DNA of 24,355 nt from Octopus sinensis (Eukaryota): assembly GCF_006345805.1 (NCBI RefSeq), contig NW_021836386.1, positions 1 through 24,355 of the forward strand. Reading direction: 5' to 3'. Shown here one piece after another: positions 9,161 through 19,512 of this stretch. Positions within the stretch are counted from its first letter, which is position 1. Each line of letters opens with the position of its first letter. Position numbers and translations under genes: made by a program. A model generated the notes under the pieces. That model was not told the origin of the DNA and did no database searches. It saw nothing but the letters and a program-made list of their open reading frames with translations.

Positions 9161-9210
9161 AGCTTCCTGAAGATATCTCTTGAATGAAACAGTTCTAGTC
9201 CTGTAGAAGC
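9161..9210 (+). ncRNA. Minimal type I hammerhead ribozyme (family A, copy 2)
   Basis: Helix I GCTTC/GAAGC; CTGAAGA (9167-9173); GAAA (9186-9189); helix III ACAG/CTGT; GTA triplet (9203-9205). Differences from the copy at 267-314 fall in the helix II region, loop III and the outermost helix I pair; the core is unchanged. Confidence 0.75.
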
Positions 9211-9243
9211 ACCTTCTATATAATAAATTAATTTTACTCTGCT

Positions 9244-9305
<62 letters not shown>

Positions 9306-9894
9306 ACACACACACACATATAAAAGAAAAGTGCTATCTAATTAAGGCAAGCCAGTATTATTGATGTCGAAGCTACGGGGCTGAGATTCACTCAGAAAAT
9401 TTCACCAAACTAAAAGGGGGGAATGATGGACATGTGATGTTAGGTGGATGACGGTCATTTCCATCCAGAGCACTTTTCGAAAAGTTGACGAAGAAGAACA
9501 GAACAATTTCTTAGCACCATTATTGTTATTCGTAGTAGTTTCAGATAACATGAATGAATCGATGCTTTTAAGCGTCTATAATTCGTTAAGGGGGAAGAAT
9601 ACACACAGAGAATATACTACAGACTGTAAAAAGAGACGAAGAGAATGGTGCCGTGCTCTGGTAGTTATGATAATTGTTGTTGTTGTTGTTGTTATGATTG
9701 TATTTTTCCATTTCAACATACCTCACAGAAGTAAATGAGGAACCCGACAGTTGACCTCTCGGTGTCAACTTTCTAATTGGTCGTTTATTTCAGCCACTTT
9801 CGTTTGATCTTTTGATTTGTCGTTCTGTATATTTTATATTCTCTAACACTTCTCTCTATCTCACTTAATAGATGTTTCGTGATAATTGAACTAA

Positions 9895-10380
9895 AAGTGC
9901 TGCTGATGTTGGCGACGCCGCCGATGGATAATGGCGGTGATGCTGATGCTGATGCTGATGGTGGCGATGGCGGCGCAAGTGATGGCGGCGGCGGCGGCGG
10001 AGGAGGTGTTGACGTCGGTATTGTTTGGTAGTATTTGTGATACTGGAAGAGGTGGCTGCGGTGACGTTTGTATTGTAACTGGTACGGGGGGGTCGGTCGC
10101 AGTGGGGGGAGGGCCGTTCAATTAATGGTGGTGGTGATGGAAGGTAGTGATGGTGGCGATGGAGGTGGGGCAAGCGGGGGTGGGGGTGGAGGCGGTGTTA
10201 GTGTCGGTCTCGTTTGTAGTTGTGATAGTGATAGGCGGGTGGTGGTGGTATTGATGATGGTGGTGGTATTGGTGGTAGTGGTGGTCCCGGTAGTGTTAGC
10301 GGGGGTGGTGACGGCGCTAGTGATTGTAGTCTCTGTACTTTTAACGGTAGCGTTGATGAGAAATATCGTTGTTGCTGTTG
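9895..10380. repeat. Degenerate G-rich trinucleotide low-complexity tract (GAT/GGT/GGC/GTT)
   Basis: Drifting trinucleotide periodicity; translations are homopolymeric in every frame. Confidence 0.8.
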
Positions 10381-10440
10381 TTTAGCCATAGGCCCAGTAG
10401 ACCTATGATCACGGTCATTCCATTACCAGACTATCTTTTA
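10378..10440 (-). mobile_element. Short retroelement 3'-tail fragment (same family as 6279-6350)
   Basis: TTGTTTAGCCA…TAGACCTATGATCA shared with 6279-6350. Confidence 0.5.
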
Positions 10441-10861
10441 TCCCTTTACTTGTTTCAGTCTCTGGACCGCGGCCATCCTGGAGTACTGCCTTGCAGATTT
10501 TTAAATTTTATTTTAGGCGAATGAATCGACACCAGTGTTTTTTTTCCAGTTACTTACTTATTCCATCGGTCGGTTTTGCCGAACTCCCAAGTTACGGGGG
10601 ACATAAACACACCAAGACAGATTGCCAAGCGGTAGTGGGGGGGGGGGGAACATACATAAAGAATACACACACACACACATGCTCGCTCGCACACACACAC
10701 ACATTTGTATATATATATATATATATAAATTTATAAATAGGGATAATATCGATATTTAAATATCGATCTTATCAAGTGACCAGCATGGGAATAAATACCA
10801 TACAAAGATAATAATTATTTAAACTATAAATAAGGGTATATGAGAGATACCCTTATTTATA

Positions 10862-10904
<43 letters not shown>

Positions 10905-11062
10905 GACATGATTCTTTCAGTTTCCGTCTACCTAATCCGCTTAAAAGGCTTTGATCTTTGATGATCGGCCCGAAGACACTTACCCAAGGTATCACACAGT
11001 GGTACTGAACGGGAACCATGTGGATAGGAAGGAAACTTCTTGCCGTACACCCACGCCTGCGC
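10441..11062 (-). mobile_element. CORE-type SINE (family C), near full length, with a foreign insert in its internal microsatellite
   Basis: The 3' tail (TTTACTTGTTTCAGTC…GCGGCCAT) lies at 10445-10660 and the 5' half (TTCTTTCAGTTTCCGTCTACC…AAGACACTTACCCAAGGT…GGAACCATGTGG…CCACGCCTGCGCCT) at 10903-11064. They are separated by (CA)/(TA)n and the insert at 10730-10866. Confidence 0.8.
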
Positions 11063-11250
11063 CTCTTTTAAAGACCCTCTTAGAACTACATAACCTAATG
11101 TGTCCCCCTTTCTTTTTACTAATTTCTAAGGTGCTTGAGAAATTATTTGAGGGAGAATTTCGGTGTTATTTCTAACATGTACAAGCGATCACGTAAAGGT
11201 TCTCATGTGATGTTCAAAGATTTCCTTTTGTTGTTTGGTTTATTAATGTT

Positions 11251-11870
11251 AGAGGCGAGCGTAGAGCGCCGAATAAAATACTTTTCAGTATTTATTACGG
11301 CCCTTTTAGATTCTGAGTTAATTTTGTCTTTCATCTCTTCGAGATCGATGAAATAATGTACCAGTCAAATACTGGTGTCGATAATATGTATGGTCAACTT
11401 TAAGGAGACATGCTGGCAGAAATGTTAGAACCCTGGGGAAAATGCTTAACGGCATTTTGTCCGTCCTCGCGTTCTGAGTTCAAATTCCGCCGAGATCAAC
11501 TTTCCTGTTCATCTTTTCCGGGTCGATAAAATAAGTACCAGTAGAGTACTGGTGTAAACGTAATTGACTTGCATCCTCTTCAAAATTGCTGTGCCAAAAT
11601 TTAAAACCATAATATTTGACGAACTCATCTCAGAAATTCTAGCTCTGTGCCAATGTTGGAATTTACTCAAGGTATTGATGTGACCGAGATGTTAATTTGA
11701 GCTGGTAAAATGACGTGAAGTGAGGGATTTGTTTCGGCTTCATACATCCTGAGTTCAAATCAAAAGGTCGATAAAATAAAGTACCAGTCAAATGCTCATA
11801 CAAATATATTTAACCGATAAATCCTGTGCTCAAAAATTGCCGGGTTGGTGCTTAAATTAGAAACAATTAT
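11251..11870 (+). mobile_element. Three degenerate tandem SINE family B copies (about 11251-11384, 11402-11610, 11697-11870)
   Basis: Each has CTGAGTT(C)AA, a GTCGAT..AATAA.TACCAGT-type segment and family B tail remnants. Confidence 0.75.
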
Positions 11871-11871
11871 T

Positions 11872-12830
11872 AGTTTCAAATTTTGGCACAAGGCCAGCAA
11901 TGTCGGGGAAGGGCTAAGTCGACTACACCGACATCTGTGCGAAACTGGTAATTATTTTATCGACCCTAAAAGGATGAAAAGCAAAGTCGACCTCGGCGGA
12001 AATCGAACTCAGAGTATAAAAGAGGACGAAATGTCACTAGGCAGAACTACCCAGCGTACTAAGGATTCTGCCAGCTAACCGCCTTGATAACAATATTAAT
12101 GATAATAACAATTATAATCCTTTCTACTAAAGGCACAAGGCTTGAAATTTTGGGAGAAGGGATTAGTCAATTACATCGACCTCAGTGACTAACTGCTACT
12201 TATTTTATCGACTCCGAAAAGACGAAAGGCAAAGTCGACCTCTGTGCAACTCGAACTCAGAGCACAAAGGTGGACGAAATGCCACAAAGTACCTAACGAT
12301 TCTTTTCTACTCTTGGCACAAGTCGCGAAATTTTGGGGAAGGAGTCAGTCGATTAGTTCCACCAGTACGCAACTGGTACTTAATTTATCGATCCCGAAAG
12401 GATGAAAGGCAAAGTCGACCTCGGCAGAATTTGAACGCAGAACGTAAAGACAAACGAAATACTGTTGAGCATTTCGCCTGGCGTGCTAACGTTTCTTATT
12501 TCATTATTGCCCGCAAGGGGCTAAACATAGACGCGACAAACAAGGACAGACAAAGGGATTAAGTCGATTACGTCGACCCCAGTGCGTAACTGGTACTTAA
12601 TTGATCGACCCCGAAAGGATGAAAGGCAAAGTCGACCTCGACGGAATTTGAACTCAGAACGTAGCGGCAGACGAAATACCGCTAAGCATTTCGACCGGCG
12701 TGCTAATGTTTCTGCCAGCAAGCTGCATAAGAAAAAGGATGAAAGGCAAAGTCGACCTAGGTGGAATTCGAACTCAGAACGTAAAGGTGGACGAAATGCA
12801 GCCAAAGTATTGTGTCAGCTCACTGCCTTA
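11872..12830 (-). mobile_element. Five tandem SINE family B units (about 11872-12085, 12119-12300, dimer 12303-12722, 12733-12830)
   Basis: Repeated GAAAGGCAAAGTCGACCT…GAACTCAGA; head CTGCCAGCT.ACCGCCTT at 12068-12085. Confidence 0.88.
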
Positions 12831-12844
12831 AATTAGAAGCAATT

Positions 12845-13137
12845 ACTGATGTTGATGTTATCGGAGACGATGGCGTTGGCGGTGTTCATGGTGATATTAT
12901 TGATTGACGAATGTGATATGGATGAGGGAGTGATTTTGGCAATGTACGCGTTGTTAGTTTTGGTTGTGTTGTTGTTGCTGATGCCAATGCTGGCGTTGTG
13001 GTTGATGTTGGCGTCGGTAGGATTGGTGTTAGTCTTGTTGTTTCTGAATGAAGTGGTGTTATTAAGGGTGGTGCAAGGGGGTGGTGATATTCATATTAGT
13101 GCGGTCAACATTTACTCTGTTGTTTATATTTATGTTG

Positions 13138-13169
<32 letters not shown>

Positions 13170-13296
13170 GGTGGTGGTGTGGTGGTGGTGGTGGGGATTG
13201 TGGATTTCATGCCGCTGGGGGTGTTAATGTTGTTATGAGTTTGAGCTTGTGACAGATTTTGTGCTGTTGTTGATAGGATTGCTGCTGTTAGTAATT
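12845..13296. repeat. Degenerate GTT/GGT/GAT low-complexity tract
   Basis: Trinucleotide drift with pure (GTT)n(GGT)n at 13133-13192. Confidence 0.8.
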
Positions 13297-13490
13297 TTGA
13301 TTCCAAATTTTGGTACAAGACCAGCAATTCCAGAGAGGGGTTAAATCGATTACATCGACCCGAGTATTCAACTGGTACTCATTTTATCGACCATGATAGG
13401 ATGAAAGGTAAAGTCGACCACGGTGGTGGAATTTGAACTCAGAATGTGAAAAGCGTTTTTCCTGGTGTACTAACCATTCTAACAGCTTGG
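13297..13490 (-). mobile_element. SINE family B, degenerate
   Basis: ATCGATTACATCGACCC…ACTGGTACT.ATTTTATCGAC…GGATGAAAGGTAAAGTCGACC…GAATTTGAACTCAGAA. Confidence 0.85.
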
Positions 13491-13583
13491 TGCTGTTAGT
13501 AACACTAACAATAATGTAAGCTATCCAATAATGCTGGTGGATTCGTCATCAAGATATCTCACCTGCTTATACCAGTTTAAAAT

Positions 13584-13647
13584 TTTACCTGAAGATGGTG
13601 GATTATATGGTACATCAATACAATTCTAGCGTAACAGCTGCCGTAAA
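13584..13647 (+). ncRNA. Degenerate type I hammerhead motif (probably inactivated)
   Basis: Helix I TTTAC/GTAAA; CTGAAGA (13589-13595); GTAA in place of GAAA (13631-13634); palindrome CAGCTG; GCC in place of GTC at the cleavage site. Confidence 0.5.
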
Positions 13648-13882
13648 TTTTACGTTTGTTTTATGTTTGTTTTATGTTTATGCCACATCTAGAACCTGCC
13701 CTGAGTCGGATGTACGGTGTAAATTGGATTTGATACTTACATATCTACTATATCCTACCAAAACATGATGCTTTCAAGGTTGTTTAACTCCACTGTGAAC
13801 TTCATGTTATTATATCTAGCAATTTCTGGCGCCCTGTGTGTTGATGTACCAAGATTCTAACACTACAACTCATATATGTGAA

Positions 13883-13913
<31 letters not shown>

Positions 13914-13919
13914 TTTGTA

Positions 13920-13980
13920 TCTGTGTTTGCGTTTGTCCCTCACACTCGTTTTCATGACCGGTGTTGGTGTGTTTCCGAAC
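13920..13980 (+). mobile_element. SINE family C internal fragment (post-microsatellite segment)
   Basis: GTTTGTCCC…TGACCGGTGTTGGTGTGTTT after (TG)n resembles 2748-2796. Confidence 0.5.
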
Positions 13981-14014
13981 CACGAAACTTTACACACACA
14001 CACACACACATTAA

Positions 14015-14122
14015 TACATATATACATATATACATACATACATACATACATACATACATACATACATACACACACACATACATACATGCATGCATGCATA
14101 CATACATACATACATACATACA

Positions 14123-14156
<34 letters not shown>

Positions 14157-14259
14157 CAGACATACATACATACAGGTAGATGTTATATATACATACATAT
14201 ATACATACAGATAGAGAGTTAAATACGTACAAACATGTATATATATATATGTATATATA

Positions 14260-14300
<41 letters not shown>

Positions 14301-14310
14301 CTATACATTC
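14015..14310 (+). repeat. (TACA)n and (TA)n microsatellites
   Basis: Direct observation. Confidence 0.95.
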
Positions 14311-15414
14311 ATACATATATGTATATACATACACATATACACACAAACAGACACACACACACATACACTTATACACACACACATGTATATATAACGGAAT
14401 CTTCTCTTCATTGAATATACATAATTGTAATTTCTTTTAACAGACGTCTGACATCTCAAGATATATGCTTCCAATGAAATATTATAACACTGTAGGTACG
14501 TAGCGTGGGTTGAAAGAGCATACAGCATGAATTAACGATTGTGTTAACGACTATATTAAATGGCGGGGGAACGGTCATCGGTGGGTGCGCAGAATAAGAA
14601 ACTGTGACCTCCGTTTTAATAGAGACACGAGTAGAAATAGGGCGTGAAATATAGGAAGGAGGTGAAACAAAAGTTAAACAGCAAACAAAGAGAACTATAC
14701 GGCAAATTTGAAGAGACATAATGACAGAGAAGAGGGATTAACCTAGCTATTTTTCCTTTCAAATCAACCCCCACCTCACTCCGATATATTTACTGTAACT
14801 TGAAATTCTTTACTCCATGGTGGAGGTGGAAATATTTCTTCCTTCTTTTATTATATGTTTGTTTGTATGTTCGTTAATTTTGACGTTCTTGTTTTTATAA
14901 TGATAACAATTATTATTATTATTTTTTTTTTTAATTTTCCATATGTAGTTTGAAAGCGAAGTAGCAATCGAAACTTGGTCGACTCAGAATTAAATTGGCA
15001 TTTCGCTCTTTTTATTTTGCATATGTATTATTTTGTTGTTCTTTTCTTTTTTCTTTTCTTTCAGGCTCCCTTTTCTTTCTTTCTTTCTTTCTTTCTTTTA
15101 TGTTTCACTTTTCTTTTCTTCTTTCTTTCTTCGTTTTCATTATTTAACTCTTTATTTTCGTTTATATTTGAGCCTTTTCCTCACTTCCCTGCTAAAGGTC
15201 TCTCTATTTCCTTCCTCCTTCCACTCCTACATTTATATATATCTTCATTTTTAGTTTTAGCTTAGTTTTTTTTTTTAACTGGTTGTGAGTCGACAAGCTA
15301 ATAACTGGAAAACTTCGACATTTATTGAGTTCTTGGATTTTAACATTTCTTTTACTTGATAATTTATTATTTATTCATTTATTTATTTTTGCAGCTATTC
15401 ATTTATTAGCGACT

Positions 15415-15466
15415 ATTATATATGTGTGTGTATGTATACATTTATATATATATAATATATATATAT

Positions 15467-15535
<69 letters not shown>

Positions 15536-15584
15536 ATATTAGATATATAGATATATATATATACATATATATATATACATAATA

Positions 15585-15622
<38 letters not shown>

Positions 15623-16030
15623 ATTATATATATATACATATTTATAATATATATATTACACACATATTTATATATATATATATACACACAAATATTCATA
15701 TATATATATATACATGTATATGTGTGTTTGAGTGCGTATGTGTATGTATATATGCACACACATATACATATATACATATATGCGTGTGTGTGCGTGTGTG
15801 TGCTCGTGTGTGTTGCTTGTTTATAAGTGTGCGTGTTTGGGTGTTTGCGTATACATGTATATATTTATGTTTATACACACACACACAAACACACACACAC
15901 ATATATATATATACGTGTATAAGTGTGTATGTGTGTGTATTTATGTCTATGTGTCTATGTTTTGTTTGTATGATTTGATGCATGTATGTAACGATGTGTG
16001 CATGTATGTATGCATCCATGTATGTATATA
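15415..16030. repeat. Long compound (TA)n/(TG)n/(CA)n microsatellite
   Basis: Direct observation. Confidence 0.95.
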
Positions 16031-16429
16031 CAAAAGTTTAGAATGAAAGGGAAAATGTATCTGAGAAGAGAAAGAAATATTCGACTGCTTATATTTTTAA
16101 TATCTTAAAAAAAATTGCTATAGATTTTTTTTTTAATGTCTGTGAAAAGAACGACTTTCGTTGTTAGCAATATAGGAAATTTATGTGCCTCGTTATAGCT
16201 GTTGTTTTCTTGTTGTTGTTGTAATGTTTCTTTTTGATTTTTTCTCTTAGTTTATATATATGTATGTATGTATGTATGTATTTATGTATGAATATGTATT
16301 TATATATTTTTCTTTTTTCATTTTTGTACAAAATAATATCGCTTTTATCTAAATATCTTTTTCTACATTAAAAGCTCTGAAAAAATAAGTTAAAATCGAA
16401 GAGGAATAATAAACACAAAGATGTAAATG

Positions 16430-16840
16430 TAGAGTGAGGAGGAGGAGGAAATTGAGAACGTGTGAGGAAAGGTGTAAGAGTGAAAGAGAGATGGCTAGAG
16501 ATTGAGAAAAAGAGAGAGAGAGAGAGAGGAGAAAGAGGGAGAGAGCGAAAGAAAGTGAGAGAGTAAGCGAAAGGAAGAAATAAAGCAAATGCAGAAGCGA
16601 ATACGAAAGAAAACATTAGAAAGGTTAACAGAATGAGAGGGAAATAACTGAAGAGTGACAGAGAAAGAGAGAGAGAGAAAGAAGAGAGAGAGAGACAGAG
16701 TGAAAGAGAGAGCAGAGAGATTAAAGAGATAAGAGAGAGGAGTTTTATAAACTTATCACGTTTTTTCAAAGACTACAGATGGAGGGTGAGCATAGAGACA
16801 GTATGGAATTAGAAATTTAGGAAGATAAGAGAAAGAGAAA
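16430..16840 (+). repeat. Polypurine (GA)-rich low-complexity tract
   Basis: Direct observation. Confidence 0.85.
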
Positions 16841-17354
16841 TCGTATGTTGTGCACGATACCAATATATCTTTGATCCCTATTTCGGATGTTTCGGATGAT
16901 AGGCCATTACATCAGCTCTTTCACTTGATACCCTTAAGGGAATGATATGTCTGAAACCGAAATACAACACAAGCATTTTTACTCATTTTTAGTCATAATA
17001 GTATTCATTTTGATGATAGAGAAAATGGCGGATGGTGGAAACAATACGATGACTAAATTGACGATTTACGGTGTTAAGTTCTTTTGATACTTCTACGATC
17101 TGTGATCAAATTTCAAGTGAGATCGAGGTCGTGGCTGACTGTGGATTTAATCCAAAGTTGATAAAATTGTGTAAGCGAAGTCGATTCAAACTTGTGATGG
17201 GCTCGGCAAGTGTGGACTCATGTTAAATGACAATCTAATAACTTAAACGATTTTTATATAAAATATGAAAAGGTGAACATACTTATATATGCAGATGTAT
17301 GGAATATATGTGTATATATGTTTCTATGTATACGAGACTGTATCAAAGAGTAAC

Positions 17355-17388
17355 GCAAAATTACATTAGTTTCTGACTCACCTTCGTA
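17355..17388. mobile_element. Solo mariner-like terminal inverted repeat
   Basis: The reverse complement TACGAAGGTGAGTCAGAAACTAATG resembles the mariner terminus TA-CGAGGG.GA.TCA.AAA. No partner TIR found. Confidence 0.4.
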
Positions 17389-17434
17389 TACATGTATGTA
17401 TATATGTGTGTGTGTATATATGTATATGTGTGAA

Positions 17435-17915
17435 GGCGCAATGTCCCAGTGGTTACGGCAGAGGACTCGATTCCCAGACAGGGCATTGTAAGAGTTAATC
17501 GAGCGAAAACACCTAAAGCTCCACGTGGCTCCATTAGGGGGTGGTGGTGAACCCTGCTGTACTCTTTCACCACAACTTTCTCTCACTCTTTTTTTCTGTT
17601 TCCGTTGTACCTGTATTTCAAAAGGCCAGCCTTGACACACTCTCTGTCACGCTGAATCTCCCCGAGAACTACGTTAAGAGTACACGTGTCTGTGGTGTGC
17701 TCAGCCACTTGCACGTTAATAACTGAGCTGCGACGTCACAGGTGCCAAGCGGTATCGACCTTTGCCTTTCCCTCGGATAACATCGGCGGCGTGGAGAAGG
17801 GAGGCTGGTATGCGTGGGCGACTGCTGGTCTTCCATAAACAACCTTGCCCAGACTTGTGCCTCGGAGGGTAACTTTCTAGGTGCAATCCCATGGTCATTC
17901 ATGACCGAAGGGGTC
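17435..17915 (+). mobile_element. tRNA-derived SINE (family D), composite
   Basis: Head GGCGCAATGTCCCAGTGGTTA (A-box-like) and ACTCGATTCCC (B-box-like, shortened spacer). The GC-richer body includes GCCACTTGCACGTTAAT. It is flanked by (TA)/(TG) tracts. Confidence 0.65.
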
Positions 17916-17917
17916 AC

Positions 17918-17958
17918 AATATATGTATATATATATATATGTATATATGTATAATATG

Positions 17959-18005
<47 letters not shown>

Positions 18006-18175
18006 ATATATTATATATATATATATATATATGATATGTATATATATATTATACTATATATATATATATGTATATACATACTATATATATATATGTATAT
18101 ATATATATACTATATATATATATACATATATACATACATATATGATATATATATATAGGTATATATATAAGTATA

Positions 18176-18240
<65 letters not shown>

Positions 18241-18281
18241 TTATATACTATACTATATATATATATAAATATAATTATATA

Positions 18282-18327
<46 letters not shown>

Positions 18328-18350
18328 ATATATATATAATACTATATAAT
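17918..18350. repeat. Long (TA)n microsatellite
   Basis: Direct observation. Confidence 0.95.
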
Positions 18351-18391
18351 GGAATAATTACTATGAAGCATTGAGTAGAATATATTGTATA

Positions 18392-18768
18392 AAAGGCGGC
18401 GAGCTGGCAGAATCGTTAGCGCGCCGGGCGAAATGCTTAGCGGTATTTCGTCTGAGTTCAAATTCCACCGAGTTCGACTTTGCCTTTCATCCTTTCGGGG
18501 TCGAATAAATAAGTACCAGTTACGCCCTGGGGTCGATGTAATCGACTTAATCCGTTTGTCTGTCTTTGTTTGTCCTCTCTGTGTTTAGCCCCTTGTGGGT
18601 GGTAAAGAAATAGGTATATACTTCTGAGTGCAAATCTCACCGTGGTCAACTTTGTCTTTCATCCTTTCGGAGTCGATAAATTAAGTACCAGTTGCGTACT
18701 GGGGTTGACCTAATCGACTGGCCCCTTTCCCAAAAAATTTCGGGTCTTGTGCCTAGAGTAGAAAAGAA
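18392..18768 (+). mobile_element. Dimeric SINE family B
   Basis: Full head AAGGCGGCGAGCTGGCAGAATCGTTAGC, central domain, long tail …CCCCTTGTGGGTGGTAAAGAAATAG, then GTAT…CTGAGT.CAAAT… second monomer ending TGTGCCTAGAGTAGAAAAG. Confidence 0.9.
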
Positions 18769-18787
18769 CATATTTTATAAAGGATCA

Positions 18788-19512
18788 TGCTTGGGTGGAA
18801 TGTGTGTAGCGTGTGATAGTCGCATTGACCATGACAAAGAAAGTTTCCATGACGATACCTGCTCCGAGGCCTGCGCAAAGTTGGAGGAAACGTATGGAGG
18901 GAGGATTGTATGAGCCGCAAAGAAGTGTCCAAGTGGTTCAGACGTTGCCAAGATGGCTGAAAAATGTAGATATTGATGAACGTTCTGGGAGACCCGTAAC
19001 CAGCAGAACTGAGAAGAACATCGCTGATGTGCGTGCAGCCGTGTAGGGAAATCATCGAATCACCCACCGTGAGTTATCAGAGGATGTGCAGATTAGTTAC
19101 GGTTCAGTTCAGTCCTTTATCACTGAGGATTTGGGTATGAGACGCGTGTCTTCCAAGTTTGTGCCAAAGTTGCTTCAGCTGACGAAGGCGACACTTGGGT
19201 TTGGTTGTGTGGAGAACGATGAAAACCTTTTGAAAACTTTGCATAGACTTCTGAGCAGGTATTGTCAAGCTTTTGGCCAAATTTGATGCAGATTCTCTAC
19301 TCAACTTTCTTTGTCATGGTCAATGCGGCGGTCATATACTACACACCTTCCTTCCAAGCACTGCTGTAAACAGTGGAAGTGAGCTTGAAAGTTAAAACTT
19401 AGGGCGCCGGTAGATCAGTTCAAGGTCAATCTGTGCCAAGCGGTTTCACTCTGCGTGCTTTTAGCTTCGTTACTATGGCAACAGTTCGGATACATATTGA
19501 TCAGGCCATGTA
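18788..19512 (+). mobile_element. Rearranged mariner (Tc1/mariner) transposon remnant with inverted duplicated 5' end
   Basis: Plus strand: MTKKV…CMSRKEVSKWFRR…DERSGRPVTSRTEKNIADVRAAV*GNHRITHRELSEDVQISYGSVQSFITEDLGMRRVSSKFVPKLL…CVENDENLLKT (mariner HTH region and WVPHEL-like motif). Minus strand from 19317: MTKKVE*RICIKFGQKLDNTCSEVYAK. A TIR-like end …TATTGATCAGGCCATG-TA lies at about 19485-19512. Confidence 0.9.

Noticed and set aside
9865-10389. His/Pro/Ala/Gly-rich ORFs that look like a transcription-factor low-complexity exon
   Set aside because: Open in several frames on both strands because of trinucleotide drift; no domain or convincing splice structure seen.
12185-12836. Repeated peptide RPRKDERQSRPR in several ORFs; CRISPR-like spacing of repeats
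   Set aside because: This is the antisense translation of SINE B. The units are long, diverged SINEs in eukaryotic DNA, not repeat-spacer arrays, and no cas genes are present.
12849-13238. 129-aa hydrophobic ORF resembling a membrane protein
   Set aside because: Val/Leu/Gly richness derives from a GTT/GGT low-complexity tract.
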